Positions 9,841 through 19,838 of a stretch of 64,000 bases of DNA are shown piece after piece. Both the position numbers and the translations under genes were made by a program. Within the stretch, counting starts at the first letter, position 1; every line of letters starts with the position of its first letter. The notes beneath the pieces are model-generated. The model searched no databases and was not told the DNA's origin. It saw only the letters and a program-made list of their open reading frames with translations. The stretch is from the NCBI GenBank assembly GCA_965248835.1, contig CBDFLJ010000001.1:704001-768000 (forward strand), written 5' to 3'. The stretch comes from Alphaproteobacteria bacterium. GTDB taxonomy: Bacteria > Pseudomonadota > Alphaproteobacteria > MPNO01.

Positions 9841-11073
9841 ATGAGCACAGCCGCCGCACGCCGCCGCCGCGAGGCCTTGATCTCCTATATGAGGGTGCGG
9901 AATTTTCGTGCGCTGCGAGATGTCGAATTCAAGGACCTGACGCCGCTAACAGCGCTCCTCGGGCCGAACGGGAGCGGCAAGTCGACGGTAATCGACGTTT
10001 TTGCCTTTCTTTCGGAATGCTTTGAGCTCGGCTTGCGGCGTGCCTGGGACAAGCGCGGGAGAGCCAAGGAGCTGAAGACGCGGGGCGCGGACGGCCCCGT
10101 ATCGATCGAGATCAAATACCGGGAGAAAGATTATCCCCTGATCACCTACTACCTGGCCGTCGATGAGCACGAAGGATCGCCGGTGGTCGTCGAGGAGTGG
10201 CTGCGCTGGAAGCGGGGCAGCTACGGCCGACCGTTCAAATTTCTCGAATACCGCGAAGGCCGCGGTGAAACCATTAGCGGAGAGCTGCCGGATGCCGACG
10301 ACCGGCGTATGCAGGTCCCGCTGAAGTCCGCTGATCTGTTGGCGGTCAACGCCCTGGGGCAGTTTGCGGACCATCCTCGGGTGGCAGCGCTGCGCGAGTT
10401 CATTACGGGCTGGTACGTGTCGTATCTGTCGGCCGAAAGCGCACGCGGTCAGCCCGAAGCCGGCCCGCAGGAGCGGTTGACGAGGACCGGCGACAATCTT
10501 GCGAACGTGGTCCAATACCTCGCAGAGTCGCACCCGGATCGATTGAATCTCATGTTCGAGGTCCTGCGTCGGCGCGTGCCCCGCATCGAACGCGTGTTAG
10601 CGGACACCATGCCGGACGGTCGGCTTCTCCTGCAGATCAAAGACGCGCCGTTCAACCACCCGGTGCTGGCGCGGTTCGCCTCGGATGGAACGCTGAAAAT
10701 GCTCGCCTATCTCGTGCTGCTGCACGATCCCGAACCGCCGCGGTTCATCGGCATCGAAGAGCCCGAAAATTTCCTCCACCCGCGCTTGCTGCCGGAGCTG
10801 GCGGAAGAATGCCGGGCAGCGAGTAAGCGCACGCAATTTCTTGTGACCACGCACTCCCCGTTTTTTTTGAATGCGCTGCGCGCCAATGAGGTGCGTGTGC
10901 TTTGGCGCGATGAACGTGGCTACACACAGGCGACGCGCCCGAGCAACATCCCAGGCGTCGATGAATTTTTGCAGCATGGCGCGCTGCTCGGCGATTTGTG
11001 GATGGAGGGCCAACTCGGGGTTGGCGATCCATTGGTAAACCAAGGTGCCGCCTCGCAGCCGATGGTTCGCTGA
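9841..11073 (+). CDS. ABC-type ATPase, AAA_21/AAA_15-like (putative defence-system ATPase)
   Basis: Walker A GPNGSGKS, signature ASDGT, Walker B IGIEEPE, H-loop TTHSP; no TM segments; visibly more AT-rich than flanks. Confidence 0.9.
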   Translation: MSTAAARRRREALISYMRVRNFRALRDVEFKDLTPLTALLGPNGSGKSTVIDVFAFLSECFELGLRRAWDKRGRAKELKTRGADGPVSIEIKYREKDYPLITYYLAVDEHEGSPVVVEEWLRWKRGSYGRPFKFLEYREGRGETISGELPDADDRRMQVPLKSADLLAVNALGQFADHPRVAALREFITGWYVSYLSAESARGQPEAGPQERLTRTGDNLANVVQYLAESHPDRLNLMFEVLRRRVPRIERVLADTMPDGRLLLQIKDAPFNHPVLARFASDGTLKMLAYLVLLHDPEPPRFIGIEEPENFLHPRLLPELAEECRAASKRTQFLVTTHSPFFLNALRANEVRVLWRDERGYTQATRPSNIPGVDEFLQHGALLGDLWMEGQLGVGDPLVNQGAASQPMVR

Positions 11074-11078
11074 GGGCG

Positions 11079-11696
11079 ATGCCGGCACATCACTTGGTGT
11101 TTCTGGTGGAAGATGCCTCGACGGAGGCTCTGCTGCGCGGCCTGTTGACGCGCTTGCTTCCGGAAGGCTGCACGTTCGAAGTTCATCCATTCCAGGGCAA
11201 GCCCGATCTTCTGCGAAAACTGGAAGACCGGCTCAGCGGCTATTCAAGCTGGCTGCCGGAGGACTGGCGCGTAATCGTTGTCATCGACCGGGACGACGAT
11301 GATTGTCGATCGCTCAAGGGACGGCTCGAGGCCATCGCCGCGCGCGCCGGGTTGCGGACGCGGGCGGTCGCGGACGGGCGCTGCTGGCAATTGGCCAACC
11401 GAATCGCCATCGAAGAGCTGGAGGCGTGGTATTTCGGGGACTGGCAAGCGGTCCGGAACGTCTACACGCGCGTTCCCCAATCGATCCCAAATCGGGCCAG
11501 ATTTCGCGACCCCGATGCCGTATCGGGCGGGACGTGGGAAGCGTTCGAAAAAATTCTCAACACAAGCCGCTATTTCACCACCGGCCTTCGAAAAGTGGAG
11601 GCGGCCCGTGCCATTGGGGCCGAACTGGACCCGGACCGCAGCCGGTCGCGCAGCTTTCGGTGTTTCTGCGAGGCGGTCGCCGAGGCGACCGGGTGA
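11079..11696 (+). CDS. DUF4276-family TOPRIM-like putative nuclease
   Basis: VFLVED, VVIDRD (DxD), IEELEAWYFGD, C-terminal SRSFR; starts 5 nt after the ATPase stop. Confidence 0.8.
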   Translation: MPAHHLVFLVEDASTEALLRGLLTRLLPEGCTFEVHPFQGKPDLLRKLEDRLSGYSSWLPEDWRVIVVIDRDDDDCRSLKGRLEAIAARAGLRTRAVADGRCWQLANRIAIEELEAWYFGDWQAVRNVYTRVPQSIPNRARFRDPDAVSGGTWEAFEKILNTSRYFTTGLRKVEAARAIGAELDPDRSRSRSFRCFCEAVAEATG

Positions 11697-11753
11697 GACG
11701 ATCGGGCTGCGCCGACGATGGAGGCCGGCGCGGCACCGACCGGGTCCGGGTCG

Positions 11754-12080
11754 CTATTCCCCGCCCTCGAGCTCGTCGATGATCATGCCGTTGAGGACGG
11801 CAAGCTTGGTGGCGTCGTCGTCCGGCGACAGGTCCTGCATGCGCTCCATGTACGCGCGGATCTTCGCCTTGAGCGCATCGGCCTCGGTCACGCTCAGAGG
11901 CCGCTCGAAATAATGCGCCGCGAAGCGCTGGGCGATCATGCCGAGCGCGAACAGGAACGCGGCGTGGTCGCGGTCGACCGCCGCGCGGTCGAGGCAGGCC
12001 CGGGCGAACTGCTCGTAGGCGCCGACGCCGGAGCCCGCCGCTTCCAGCGCCTCGAGCAAATCCAGATACATCGCGGACAT
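11754..12080 (-). CDS. Hypothetical helical protein (108 aa), last gene of the pyr cluster
   Basis: ATG 2 nt after the pyrE stop (TAAGGATG); typical codon usage. Confidence 0.7.
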   Translation of the reverse strand: MSAMYLDLLEALEAAGSGVGAYEQFARACLDRAAVDRDHAAFLFALGMIAQRFAAHYFERPLSVTEADALKAKIRAYMERMQDLSPDDDATKLAVLNGMIIDELEGGE

Positions 12081-12082
12081 CC

Positions 12083-12784
12083 TTACGGGTTCGGTGCGAT
12101 CTCGGCGGCGCCGCCATGGGCCGCCGACCACGCCACGGGATCGTTCATGAAACGCTCGACCTCATCGAGCGTCGCGCTGTCGAAATAGTCATTCTTCTTG
12201 CACACCGCCAGCACGTCCCACCAGGTCGCGAGCGAAAGCATGGTCATGTCCATGCGCGCCAGAAGCTCCTTGGTCTGCGGGAAGATGTCGTAGTGGAAGA
12301 TCACGAAGGTGTGCGAGACGATCGCGCCGGCATCGCGCAGCGCCTGGCAAAACTTGATCTTGCTCTGGCCGTCGGTGGTCAGGTCCTCGACCAGCAGGAT
12401 CCTGAGACCCGGGGCGAAATCACCCTCGATCTGGGCGTCGCGCCCGAAGCCCTTGGCGGCCTTGCGCACATACTGCATCGGCAGCATCAGCCGGTCGGCG
12501 AGCCAGGCGGCGAACGGGATGCCCGCGGTCTCGCCGCCGGCGATCGTATCGATGGTCTCGAAGCCGACCTCGCGGACGATCATCGAGGCGGCGAAATCCA
12601 TCAGCGTCTGGCGGACCCGGGGAAACGAGATCAGCCTGCGGCAATCGATATAGACCGGGCTCGCCCAGCCCGAGGTAAACCGGAAAGGCTCATCGGCGCG
12701 GAACCGGACCGCCTCGACCTCGATAAGCATGCGCGCGGTCATCTCCGAGACCAGCGCCTTGTCGGGAAAGGCCGTCGGCAGCAT
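12083..12784 (-). CDS. pyrE: Orotate phosphoribosyltransferase
   Basis: [32 protein letters not shown]. Confidence 0.95.
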   Translation of the reverse strand: MLPTAFPDKALVSEMTARMLIEVEAVRFRADEPFRFTSGWASPVYIDCRRLISFPRVRQTLMDFAASMIVREVGFETIDTIAGGETAGIPFAAWLADRLMLPMQYVRKAAKGFGRDAQIEGDFAPGLRILLVEDLTTDGQSKIKFCQALRDAGAIVSHTFVIFHYDIFPQTKELLARMDMTMLSLATWWDVLAVCKKNDYFDSATLDEVERFMNDPVAWSAAHGGAAEIAPNP

Positions 12785-12834
12785 TCAAACCTCCCAGGTC
12801 GTTGTCCCGCCCCTCGCGAACCCGACCCGTCGGG

Positions 12835-13887
12835 TCACCGCAGGCCCGAAGCCACCCGCCAGCGCGGCGCCGTCGGCGGGGCGAAGACGCGCACGACATC
12901 CTCGCCGACCGAAACCGTGTCGAGGGATCGGCCGGAGCCTACAGATTTTTCCAGCACGATGGAGTCCGAATTGCGCTGTTTTCCGTAGAAGGCTGCACCG
13001 GAAATCGACACGAAGGTCTCCAGCATGTCCAGCGCGCCGTCCTCTTCGAACACCTGGGCCACGCATTCCAAGGCATTGGGCGCATTGAAGATCCCGGCGC
13101 AGCCGCAGTCGGTCTCTTTGTCCGCGCGCGGGTGCGGCGCGGAATCGGTACCCAGGAAAAACCGCGAATCGCCCGAGGTCGCAGCCGCGCGCAGGGCCAG
13201 GCGGTGCTCCTCCCGCTTGGCGACCGGCAGGCAGTACATGTGCGGCCGCAGCCCGCCCTGGAACAGCGCATTGCGGTTGATCATCAGGTGGTGCGGCGTG
13301 ATGGTGGCCGCGAGCCCTTCGGCCGCGTCCTTGACGTAGTCGATGGCTTGGCGCGTGGTCGCGTGTTCCAGCACGACCCGCAGCCCCGGAAAGCGCCGCC
13401 GCACCGGCTCGAGCACGGTCTCGACATAGACGGCCTCGCGGTCGAACACGTCGACCGCAGGATCCACAACCTCGCCATGGACCAGGAGCGGCACGCCGAT
13501 CCGCTCCATGGTCTCGAGCACGGCGTGGACCTTCTCCATCGCGCTCACGCCGTGCTCGGAATTGGTGGTCGCGCCCGCCGGGTAGAGCTTCACGGCATGG
13601 AACAGCCCGGCGGCGAAGCCCTCGGCGATGTCGGCCGGATCCGCGCTGTCGGTGAGGTAGGCGGTCATCAGCGGCTCGAAGGGATGACCCTCGGGGAGGA
13701 CCGCGCGGATCCGCCCGAGATAGGCGCGGGCTTCGGCCGGCGTGCGCACGGGCGGGTCGAGGTTCGGCATCACGATCGCCCGTCCGTAGACGGCGGCGGA
13801 ATAGGGCAGGATCGCCCGCAGCATCGCGCCGTCGCGCAGATGCAGATGCCAGTCATCGGGTCGGATGAGGCTCAGGCGCTCGGTCAT
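12835..13887 (-). CDS. pyrC: Dihydroorotase (type II)
   Basis: PDDWHLHLRD, KLYPAGATTNS, YCLPVAK, GTDSAPH, CGCAGIF. Confidence 0.95.
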   Translation of the reverse strand: MTERLSLIRPDDWHLHLRDGAMLRAILPYSAAVYGRAIVMPNLDPPVRTPAEARAYLGRIRAVLPEGHPFEPLMTAYLTDSADPADIAEGFAAGLFHAVKLYPAGATTNSEHGVSAMEKVHAVLETMERIGVPLLVHGEVVDPAVDVFDREAVYVETVLEPVRRRFPGLRVVLEHATTRQAIDYVKDAAEGLAATITPHHLMINRNALFQGGLRPHMYCLPVAKREEHRLALRAAATSGDSRFFLGTDSAPHPRADKETDCGCAGIFNAPNALECVAQVFEEDGALDMLETFVSISGAAFYGKQRNSDSIVLEKSVGSGRSLDTVSVGEDVVRVFAPPTAPRWRVASGLR

Positions 13888-15131
13888 TGCGGCGGGTCCA
13901 TCAGCGTGTGATAGAGCAGGTCGCATCCCTTCATGAAGTCCTCGATATCCATCGCCTCGCGCGGGTTGTGCGAGCCGTTTTCGTTGCGGATGAAGATCAT
14001 CGCCGCCGGGATCCCGGCGGCGGCGAACAGCACCGCGTCATGTCCGGCGCCGCTGGCGACCGTCTGCGTCGGCAGGCCGAGCGCGCCCGAATGGCGCAGC
14101 AGGCACGCGGTCCAGGCCCGGTCCATTCGGGCCGGCGCGGAATCGATCCGCCGGTCGAAGGAGAACCCGACGCCGCGGTCCGCACCGATCCGCGCACATT
14201 CGTCATGGAGCAGCGCGTAGAAGGAGTCCAGTGTCTGTTCGCTCTGGCTCCTCGCCTCGAAACTGAATGAGACCTCGCCCGGGATGCGCGACATCGAATG
14301 GGCCTGTGCGTCGGTCTCGATGATGCCGGTGGTGACCACCAGATCCTCGCCGGCCTCCACGCGGCCGCGCCAGTGATCGTCCAGGGCGGTGATCAGCCGG
14401 GCGGCGGCGAAGACCGCATCGCGCCTCTGCTCGCGCGGCACCGCACCGGAATGCCCGGCCTCGCCGGTGCAGTCGATCCGCCGGTGGCGGATGTTGCCGC
14501 GGATGCCGGTGACCACCGCGGTCGGCGCGCCGGCGGCAACCAGCACCGGGCCCTGCTCGATGTGAAGCTCGATATAGCCGGCGACCTCGGCAGGGTCGAT
14601 CAGCGGCGTTCCGGTCTCGATCAGATCCATCCGCGCGCCGGCGCGGGCCATCGCCTGGCCCAGGGTGCCGGTGTCGTCGCGGTGCCGGGCGGCCAAATCT
14701 TCCGGCGCGAGCTTGCCGAAAAGCGCGCTGGAGCCGGCATAGGCTTTGCCGTACCAGGCGCTTTCCTCACCTCTGAGCGCGATGGTCTTGACGTTGCGCG
14801 CGGGCCGGACGCCTTCGGTCTGCATCCGGATCATTGCCGCCAGCCCGGCGACGACGCCCGCCGCACCGTCGTAGTTGCCGCCCTCGGGCACCGAGTCCAG
14901 GTGCGATCCGCAGGCGATATAGGGTCTATCCTCGGACCGGCCAGGCAACGAGACCACCAGGTTGGCCGCGCCATCGATCGCGGTCTCGAGCCCGTGACGG
15001 TGGGCGACCTCGCGCACCAGAGCGACCGCCTTGTCCTCGCCGCGGCCGTAACTCTCCCGCGTCACCCCGAGCCGGCCCCTGGTCGCGGTACGGAGATCGC
15101 GGAACAGCGCTTCGGCGATCCCGCGGATCAT
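13884..15131 (-). CDS. Zn-dependent N-carbamoyl-L-amino acid amidohydrolase (M20, AmaB/PydC family)
   Basis: GSHLDSVPEGGNYDGAAGV, GEES, ELHIEQGP, GHSG, SGAGHDA, GSHNPRE; 4-nt overlaps with pyrD and pyrC. Confidence 0.9.
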   Translation of the reverse strand: MIRGIAEALFRDLRTATRGRLGVTRESYGRGEDKAVALVREVAHRHGLETAIDGAANLVVSLPGRSEDRPYIACGSHLDSVPEGGNYDGAAGVVAGLAAMIRMQTEGVRPARNVKTIALRGEESAWYGKAYAGSSALFGKLAPEDLAARHRDDTGTLGQAMARAGARMDLIETGTPLIDPAEVAGYIELHIEQGPVLVAAGAPTAVVTGIRGNIRHRRIDCTGEAGHSGAVPREQRRDAVFAAARLITALDDHWRGRVEAGEDLVVTTGIIETDAQAHSMSRIPGEVSFSFEARSQSEQTLDSFYALLHDECARIGADRGVGFSFDRRIDSAPARMDRAWTACLLRHSGALGLPTQTVASGAGHDAVLFAAAGIPAAMIFIRNENGSHNPREAMDIEDFMKGCDLLYHTLMDPPQ

Positions 15132-16075
15132 CCCAGCGGGTCCACCCATTCCAGGTCGGACTCGTCGACCTCCTCGATCCGCAGATCCCCGACCAGATCG
15201 GCGATGCGGCCGACCTCGTGCCGGATGCAGTACTGCTCGATCCCTTCCAGCACGGAGACCATCGCGGTCGGATGCAGGAAGGTCGCCGTGCCCACCTGGA
15301 CCGCGCTCGCGCCGGCCAGGATGTATTCCAGGGCGTCCTCGGCGGTCACGATCCCGCCACAGCCGACAACCGGGATGCCGACCGCGCGGTAGCACTGATA
15401 GACCATGCGCACGATGACCGGGCGGATGGCCGGGCCTGAGAGCCCGCCGGTCACGCTGCCCAGCCGCGGCCGCCGCGCCTCGACGTCGACGGCCATCGCG
15501 AGGAAGGTATTGGCCACGACCAGCGCGTCGGCCCCGGCCCCCTCGGCCGCCTTGCCGATGTCGGCGACCGCAGCGGTATTCGGGCTGAGCTTGACCCACA
15601 AAGGCAGATCGGTCGCCTTGCGCATGGCCGCCACCGCGCGCTCGGTCGCATCGATCTCCATGGCGAACGCCCTGCCGTCCTCCTCGAGGTTGGGGCAGGA
15701 GATGTTCGCCTCGATGGCGGCGACGCCCGGCACGCTGACCTCCGCTGCGAGGCTGCCGAACGCCTCGACCGTGGGTGCGGAGATGCTGGCGACCAGGGGC
15801 GGGGAGAACCGAGCATAGGTCGGCACGGTCGTGCCATGAAAATACGCCAGCCCCTTGCACGGGATGCCGATCGAATTGAGCATGCCCTCGGGCGTCTCGC
15901 AGACCCGCGGGACCGGGTTGCCGATGCGCAGCTCGCGCGTGATGGTCTTGATCACCATCGCGCCCAGCCGGTCGAGATCGATCACTTTGTCCAGCCCCTC
16001 GGCGAAGCAGCCCGAGGCCGGCATCACCGGGTTGGCCAGCGCCAGCCCGCCGATATCGACCCGCAGATCTACCAC
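15128..16075 (-). CDS. pyrD: Dihydroorotate dehydrogenase class 1B, catalytic subunit
   Basis: NPVMPASG, GMLNSIG, NISCPN (class 1 catalytic Cys), VKLSPN, GGLSGPAI; GTG start overlapping the pyrK end. Confidence 0.9.
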   Translation of the reverse strand: MVDLRVDIGGLALANPVMPASGCFAEGLDKVIDLDRLGAMVIKTITRELRIGNPVPRVCETPEGMLNSIGIPCKGLAYFHGTTVPTYARFSPPLVASISAPTVEAFGSLAAEVSVPGVAAIEANISCPNLEEDGRAFAMEIDATERAVAAMRKATDLPLWVKLSPNTAAVADIGKAAEGAGADALVVANTFLAMAVDVEARRPRLGSVTGGLSGPAIRPVIVRMVYQCYRAVGIPVVGCGGIVTAEDALEYILAGASAVQVGTATFLHPTAMVSVLEGIEQYCIRHEVGRIADLVGDLRIEEVDESDLEWVDPLG

Positions 16076-16917
16076 GATACCGCTTCCTGCAGATCGAACA
16101 CCGGGCCGTCCCAGCACACCCGGCGATGGACCACCGCGCCGCGCACCCGGAACTCGCTCACGCAGCAGAAGCACATTCCCAGACCGCAGGCCATCTGCTG
16201 TTCCACCGCGACCTGTCCCGGGATGCCGTGCTCCTGGCCCAGCCGCTGCAGCAGCAGGAGCAGCCGGTTGGAGCCGCAGGTGAAGAAGGCATCAGCTTCG
16301 CCGCGGCCGATCAGCCCGCGGATCAGCCGCTCGATCCGGCCGGGCCCGCTGGTCCCTTCCGTATCGGTGACGCCGATCACCCGCGCGCCGATGGCTTCGA
16401 ACCGGTCGAGCGACATCAGCACCGCCGGCGTCCGGGCGCTCAGGATCGCAGTCACGCCGATGCCGTGGGCTGCCGCCAGCTCCGCCAGGGGTGCCAGGGT
16501 CGCAAGCCCGACGCCGCGGCCGAGGACGACGATGTTCCGCCATTGCGGATCCAACGTGAACCCGACGCCCAGCGGACCCAGCATGTCCAGCCGGTCACCG
16601 GCCTCCAGCGCGGCCAGGCCGCGCGTGCCGGCGCCATGGATCTTGTAGAGGAACTCGATCCGGCCCGCCGCCGCGTCGGTCCGGTAGACGCTCATCGGCC
16701 GGCGGAAGAACGGCGCGTTGGGGCCGCCGCCCGGACACAGGAGGTGGAAGAACTGGCCGGCTTCGACCGCGGTCTGTGCCGCGTCGGCCTCCAGCACGAT
16801 GTGCAGGTATTCGGCATTGACGGCGAGATTGGACAGCACCGCACAAGCCCGCTCGACGGCGGGCTTGCAGGGAACGGCATCGTCAGGGGCCCGGTGCGCC
16901 CCATCGGGCTCGATCAT
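16069..16917 (-). CDS. pyrK: Dihydroorotate dehydrogenase electron transfer subunit
   Basis: RRPMS FAD motif, GPLG, MACGLGMCFCC...VCWDGPVF [2Fe-2S] motif. Confidence 0.9.
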   Translation of the reverse strand: MIEPDGAHRAPDDAVPCKPAVERACAVLSNLAVNAEYLHIVLEADAAQTAVEAGQFFHLLCPGGGPNAPFFRRPMSVYRTDAAAGRIEFLYKIHGAGTRGLAALEAGDRLDMLGPLGVGFTLDPQWRNIVVLGRGVGLATLAPLAELAAAHGIGVTAILSARTPAVLMSLDRFEAIGARVIGVTDTEGTSGPGRIERLIRGLIGRGEADAFFTCGSNRLLLLLQRLGQEHGIPGQVAVEQQMACGLGMCFCCVSEFRVRGAVVHRRVCWDGPVFDLQEAVSW

Positions 16918-17039
16918 CGCTCTGGCTGCGCGGCCTCAAAGGGCGATGCTAGCCGGGCTCACCTTGCATCACAAGGCGTCAGGCGGGATTGCACCGGAGT
17001 GGACCGTCTGCTTTGTTCTGCCGGCAAGGGGGCCGCGCG

Positions 17040-17903
17040 ATGGACACGATCAAGCTGGGAGGGCTGGAGATCGCCCGCGTGCTGGAAGACGACAAGCCGA
17101 TCTTCTCGCCGTGGACGATGTATCCGGACTCGAGCCCGGCCGATCTTGAGCGCCAGCGCGATTGGCTGATGCCGCGGTTCTACGACGAGGACCAGGCGCT
17201 GCTCCGGACGAGCATGCACTCCTACGTCCTGCGCACCGACGACCACACCATCCTGATCGACACCTGCGTGGGCAACGACAAGCCGGACCGGCGGCGCGCG
17301 TATTGGCGCGAAGGCAACTGGCCCTATCTCGAGAACCTCGCCGCGGCCGGCTACGCGCCCGAGGATATCGACCTGGTGCTGCTCACCCATCTTCACGTCG
17401 ATCATGTGGGCTGGAACACGCGGCTGGTCGATGGACGCTGGGAGCCGACCTTTCCCAACGCGCGCTACGTGTTCAGCGAGATCGATCTGGGCTCGCTCAA
17501 GGCCAAGCACGCGTCCGGCGAGGGGCAATACGTCCACGTCTTCGAGGACAGCGTCAAGCCGATCCTCGATGCCGGGCTGGCCGATCCCGTCGGCACCGAC
17601 CACGTCGTCGAGGACGGCATCCGGTTCGAGCCGGCGCCGGGTCACACGCCGGGCCAGGTCAGCATCCGCATCGCGTCCAAGGGTGCGGAGGCCCTGGTGA
17701 CGGGCGATGTCTTCCACCACCCTGTCCAGGCGGCCTACCCGAGCTGGAACAGCGCGGCCTGCGAGCACCAGCCGACCGCCAAGCAGACCCGCAGGGCGGT
17801 CTTCGAGGGTGTTGCCGACCGCAACGTTCTGGTGCTGCCTGCCCATTTCGAGCCGTGCCGGCTGCGCCGGTCCGAGAACGGCTTCCGCTTCGCCTTCGAT
17901 TGA
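17040..17903 (+). CDS. MBL-fold metallo-hydrolase
   Basis: THLHVDHVG, GHTPG, GDVFHH, PAHF. Confidence 0.9.
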   Translation: MDTIKLGGLEIARVLEDDKPIFSPWTMYPDSSPADLERQRDWLMPRFYDEDQALLRTSMHSYVLRTDDHTILIDTCVGNDKPDRRRAYWREGNWPYLENLAAAGYAPEDIDLVLLTHLHVDHVGWNTRLVDGRWEPTFPNARYVFSEIDLGSLKAKHASGEGQYVHVFEDSVKPILDAGLADPVGTDHVVEDGIRFEPAPGHTPGQVSIRIASKGAEALVTGDVFHHPVQAAYPSWNSAACEHQPTAKQTRRAVFEGVADRNVLVLPAHFEPCRLRRSENGFRFAFD

Positions 17904-17925
17904 GTGTCACGGAGAGGCCCGCGCC

Positions 17926-18993
17926 ATGTCGCAGCCCAACGTGTTCGTCTTTGCCGTCCCCGACGAGTTCGGCCAGACCGGGCAAGTCTTCGAGAATGCC
18001 GGCTGCGCGCTCGCCTGGGGCGATGAGAGCTGGCTGCACCCGGGCTGCGTCTATGAGGACGACATGGCGGCGCTTGCGGCCGAATCCTCGGCGATGACCG
18101 GCACCTCGGTGCGCAACGCGCCGATCAACCGGCGCATCATGGAGGGCGCGCAACGCCTGCGCATCATCGCCAAATGCACCGTCGGCACCGATGATGTCGA
18201 TGTCGATGCGGCGACCGATCTGGGCATCCTGGTCACCCACGCCCCGACGCTGTCCAACTGGGGCGGCGTCGCCGAGGGTGCGATGGCGATGATGCTCGCG
18301 GTGCTCAAGAAGAACCGGGAGAAAGACGCGCTGGTCAAATCCGGCGTCTGGCGCCACGAGTCGATGATGGGCACCTATCTCGGCCGGCGCGATGAAGACG
18401 GCTATCCCGGGATCACCATCGGCATCGTCGGCCTGGGCCGCATCGGCAGCCGCATGGCCGAGCTGCTCGCGCCGTGGCATGTCCGCATCCTGGCCTGCGA
18501 TCCCTATATCGAGGACGAGAAATTCATCCGCTATGGCGTCGAGAAGGTCGACATGGCAACCCTCCTGGCGGAATCCGACGTGGTCAGCCTGCACACGACG
18601 CTGACCCGGGAGACCAGGAGCTTTTTCGGGACCGAGCAGTTCAGGGCGATGAAGCCGACGGCCCTGTTCATGAACACCGCCCGCGGCGCGCTGGTCGACC
18701 AGGCCGCACTCGCCGAGGCGCTGGCCAATGATGAGATCGCCCAGGCCGCGATCGATGCCTTCATCGACGAACCGCTCGACGCGGACTCCCCGCTGCGCGG
18801 CTTCGGCGACCGGGTGCTGCTGTCGGCGCACAACATCTCGCACAACCGGGGAAGCGGGCTGGGGCCGGGGATCGCCTGGGCCACGCAATGCGTGCTGGCA
18901 GCCTTGCGCGGTGAAGTGCCCGATCACATCTTCAACCCCGAAGCGGTTCCCAGGTGGCGGGACCGGTTCGGCGGCAACGCGCTGATCGGCTGA
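17926..18993 (+). CDS. D-isomer-specific 2-hydroxyacid dehydrogenase
   Basis: GIVGLGRIG, NTARGALVD, DAFIDEP, SAHN. Confidence 0.9.
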   Translation: MSQPNVFVFAVPDEFGQTGQVFENAGCALAWGDESWLHPGCVYEDDMAALAAESSAMTGTSVRNAPINRRIMEGAQRLRIIAKCTVGTDDVDVDAATDLGILVTHAPTLSNWGGVAEGAMAMMLAVLKKNREKDALVKSGVWRHESMMGTYLGRRDEDGYPGITIGIVGLGRIGSRMAELLAPWHVRILACDPYIEDEKFIRYGVEKVDMATLLAESDVVSLHTTLTRETRSFFGTEQFRAMKPTALFMNTARGALVDQAALAEALANDEIAQAAIDAFIDEPLDADSPLRGFGDRVLLSAHNISHNRGSGLGPGIAWATQCVLAALRGEVPDHIFNPEAVPRWRDRFGGNALIG

Positions 18994-19031
18994 TCCGCCG
19001 GCGTCCGGGCGGTCCAGGAGGGCGGCGAACG

Positions 19032-19838
19032 GTGCCGCGGTTCAGCGCCAATATTTCCATGCTGTTTGCCGAGCACGACCTGCTGGAGCGGCCCCGGCTT
19101 GCCCGCCAAGCCGGGTTCGGCGCCTTCGAGGTGCAGTTCCCCTACGACCTCCCCGCCGAGGTCTGGCGCGACGTCAAACACCGGGCCGGCCTGCCGATCG
19201 CGCTGTTCAACCTGCCGGCGGGCGACCTGGTCGACGGCGGGCAGGGGCTCGCCGGCGTGCCGGGCCGCGAAGGCGCCTTTCGCGAGGCGCTGGACCTTGC
19301 CGCGGCCTACGCCAAGCTTCTCAAACCGCGTGCGGTAAACGTCCTGGCCGGGACGCCCCGGGGTGAGCGCTCGCGCTGTTTGGAGATTTTCGCGGCGAAC
19401 CTGCGTCGCGCCGCGCAGGTGATGGAAGAGCTCGGCGTAGGCGTTGTAGTCGAGGCGATCAACGACCGCGACCGGCCGGGGTTCCTGGTCTCGACCATCG
19501 AAGAGGCCGTGGCCGCGATCGATCGGGCGGGCCATCCCAACCTGGCCGTCCAGGCGGACCTCTACCATATGCAGATCATGGAGGGAGACCTCACCCGTAC
19601 GCTCGAGCACCGCCTGGACCGCATCGGCCATATCCAGTTCGCCGACGTGCCGGCGCGCAACGAGCCGGGAACAGGAGAGATCAATTTCCCCTTCGTCTTC
19701 GCGGCCCTGGACCGGATCGGCTATGACGGCTGGGTCGGCGCGGAGTACCGGCCTTCGGGTCCGACCGAGACCACGCTCGGCTGGCTCGCGCCCTACCGCC
19801 GCAGCGGGACGCATTCGGTCGGATCCGAAAACGCTTAG
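19032..19838 (+). CDS. hyi: Hydroxypyruvate isomerase family protein
   Basis: PRFSANISMLF, VEAIN, DLYHMQIMEGD, HIQFADVPARNEPGTGEIN. Confidence 0.9.
   Translation: MPRFSANISMLFAEHDLLERPRLARQAGFGAFEVQFPYDLPAEVWRDVKHRAGLPIALFNLPAGDLVDGGQGLAGVPGREGAFREALDLAAAYAKLLKPRAVNVLAGTPRGERSRCLEIFAANLRRAAQVMEELGVGVVVEAINDRDRPGFLVSTIEEAVAAIDRAGHPNLAVQADLYHMQIMEGDLTRTLEHRLDRIGHIQFADVPARNEPGTGEINFPFVFAALDRIGYDGWVGAEYRPSGPTETTLGWLAPYRRSGTHSVGSENA

Noticed and set aside
10861-10868. T8 tract in the ATPase gene (and A8 at 39027-39034 in the DMT gene) as phase-variation sites
   Set aside because: Short, in frame and explained by Phe/Leu codons; no evidence of slippage.
9780-11753. Mobile element boundaries around the ATPase/DUF4276 pair
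   Set aside because: No convincing direct or inverted terminal repeats, integrase or tRNA seen.
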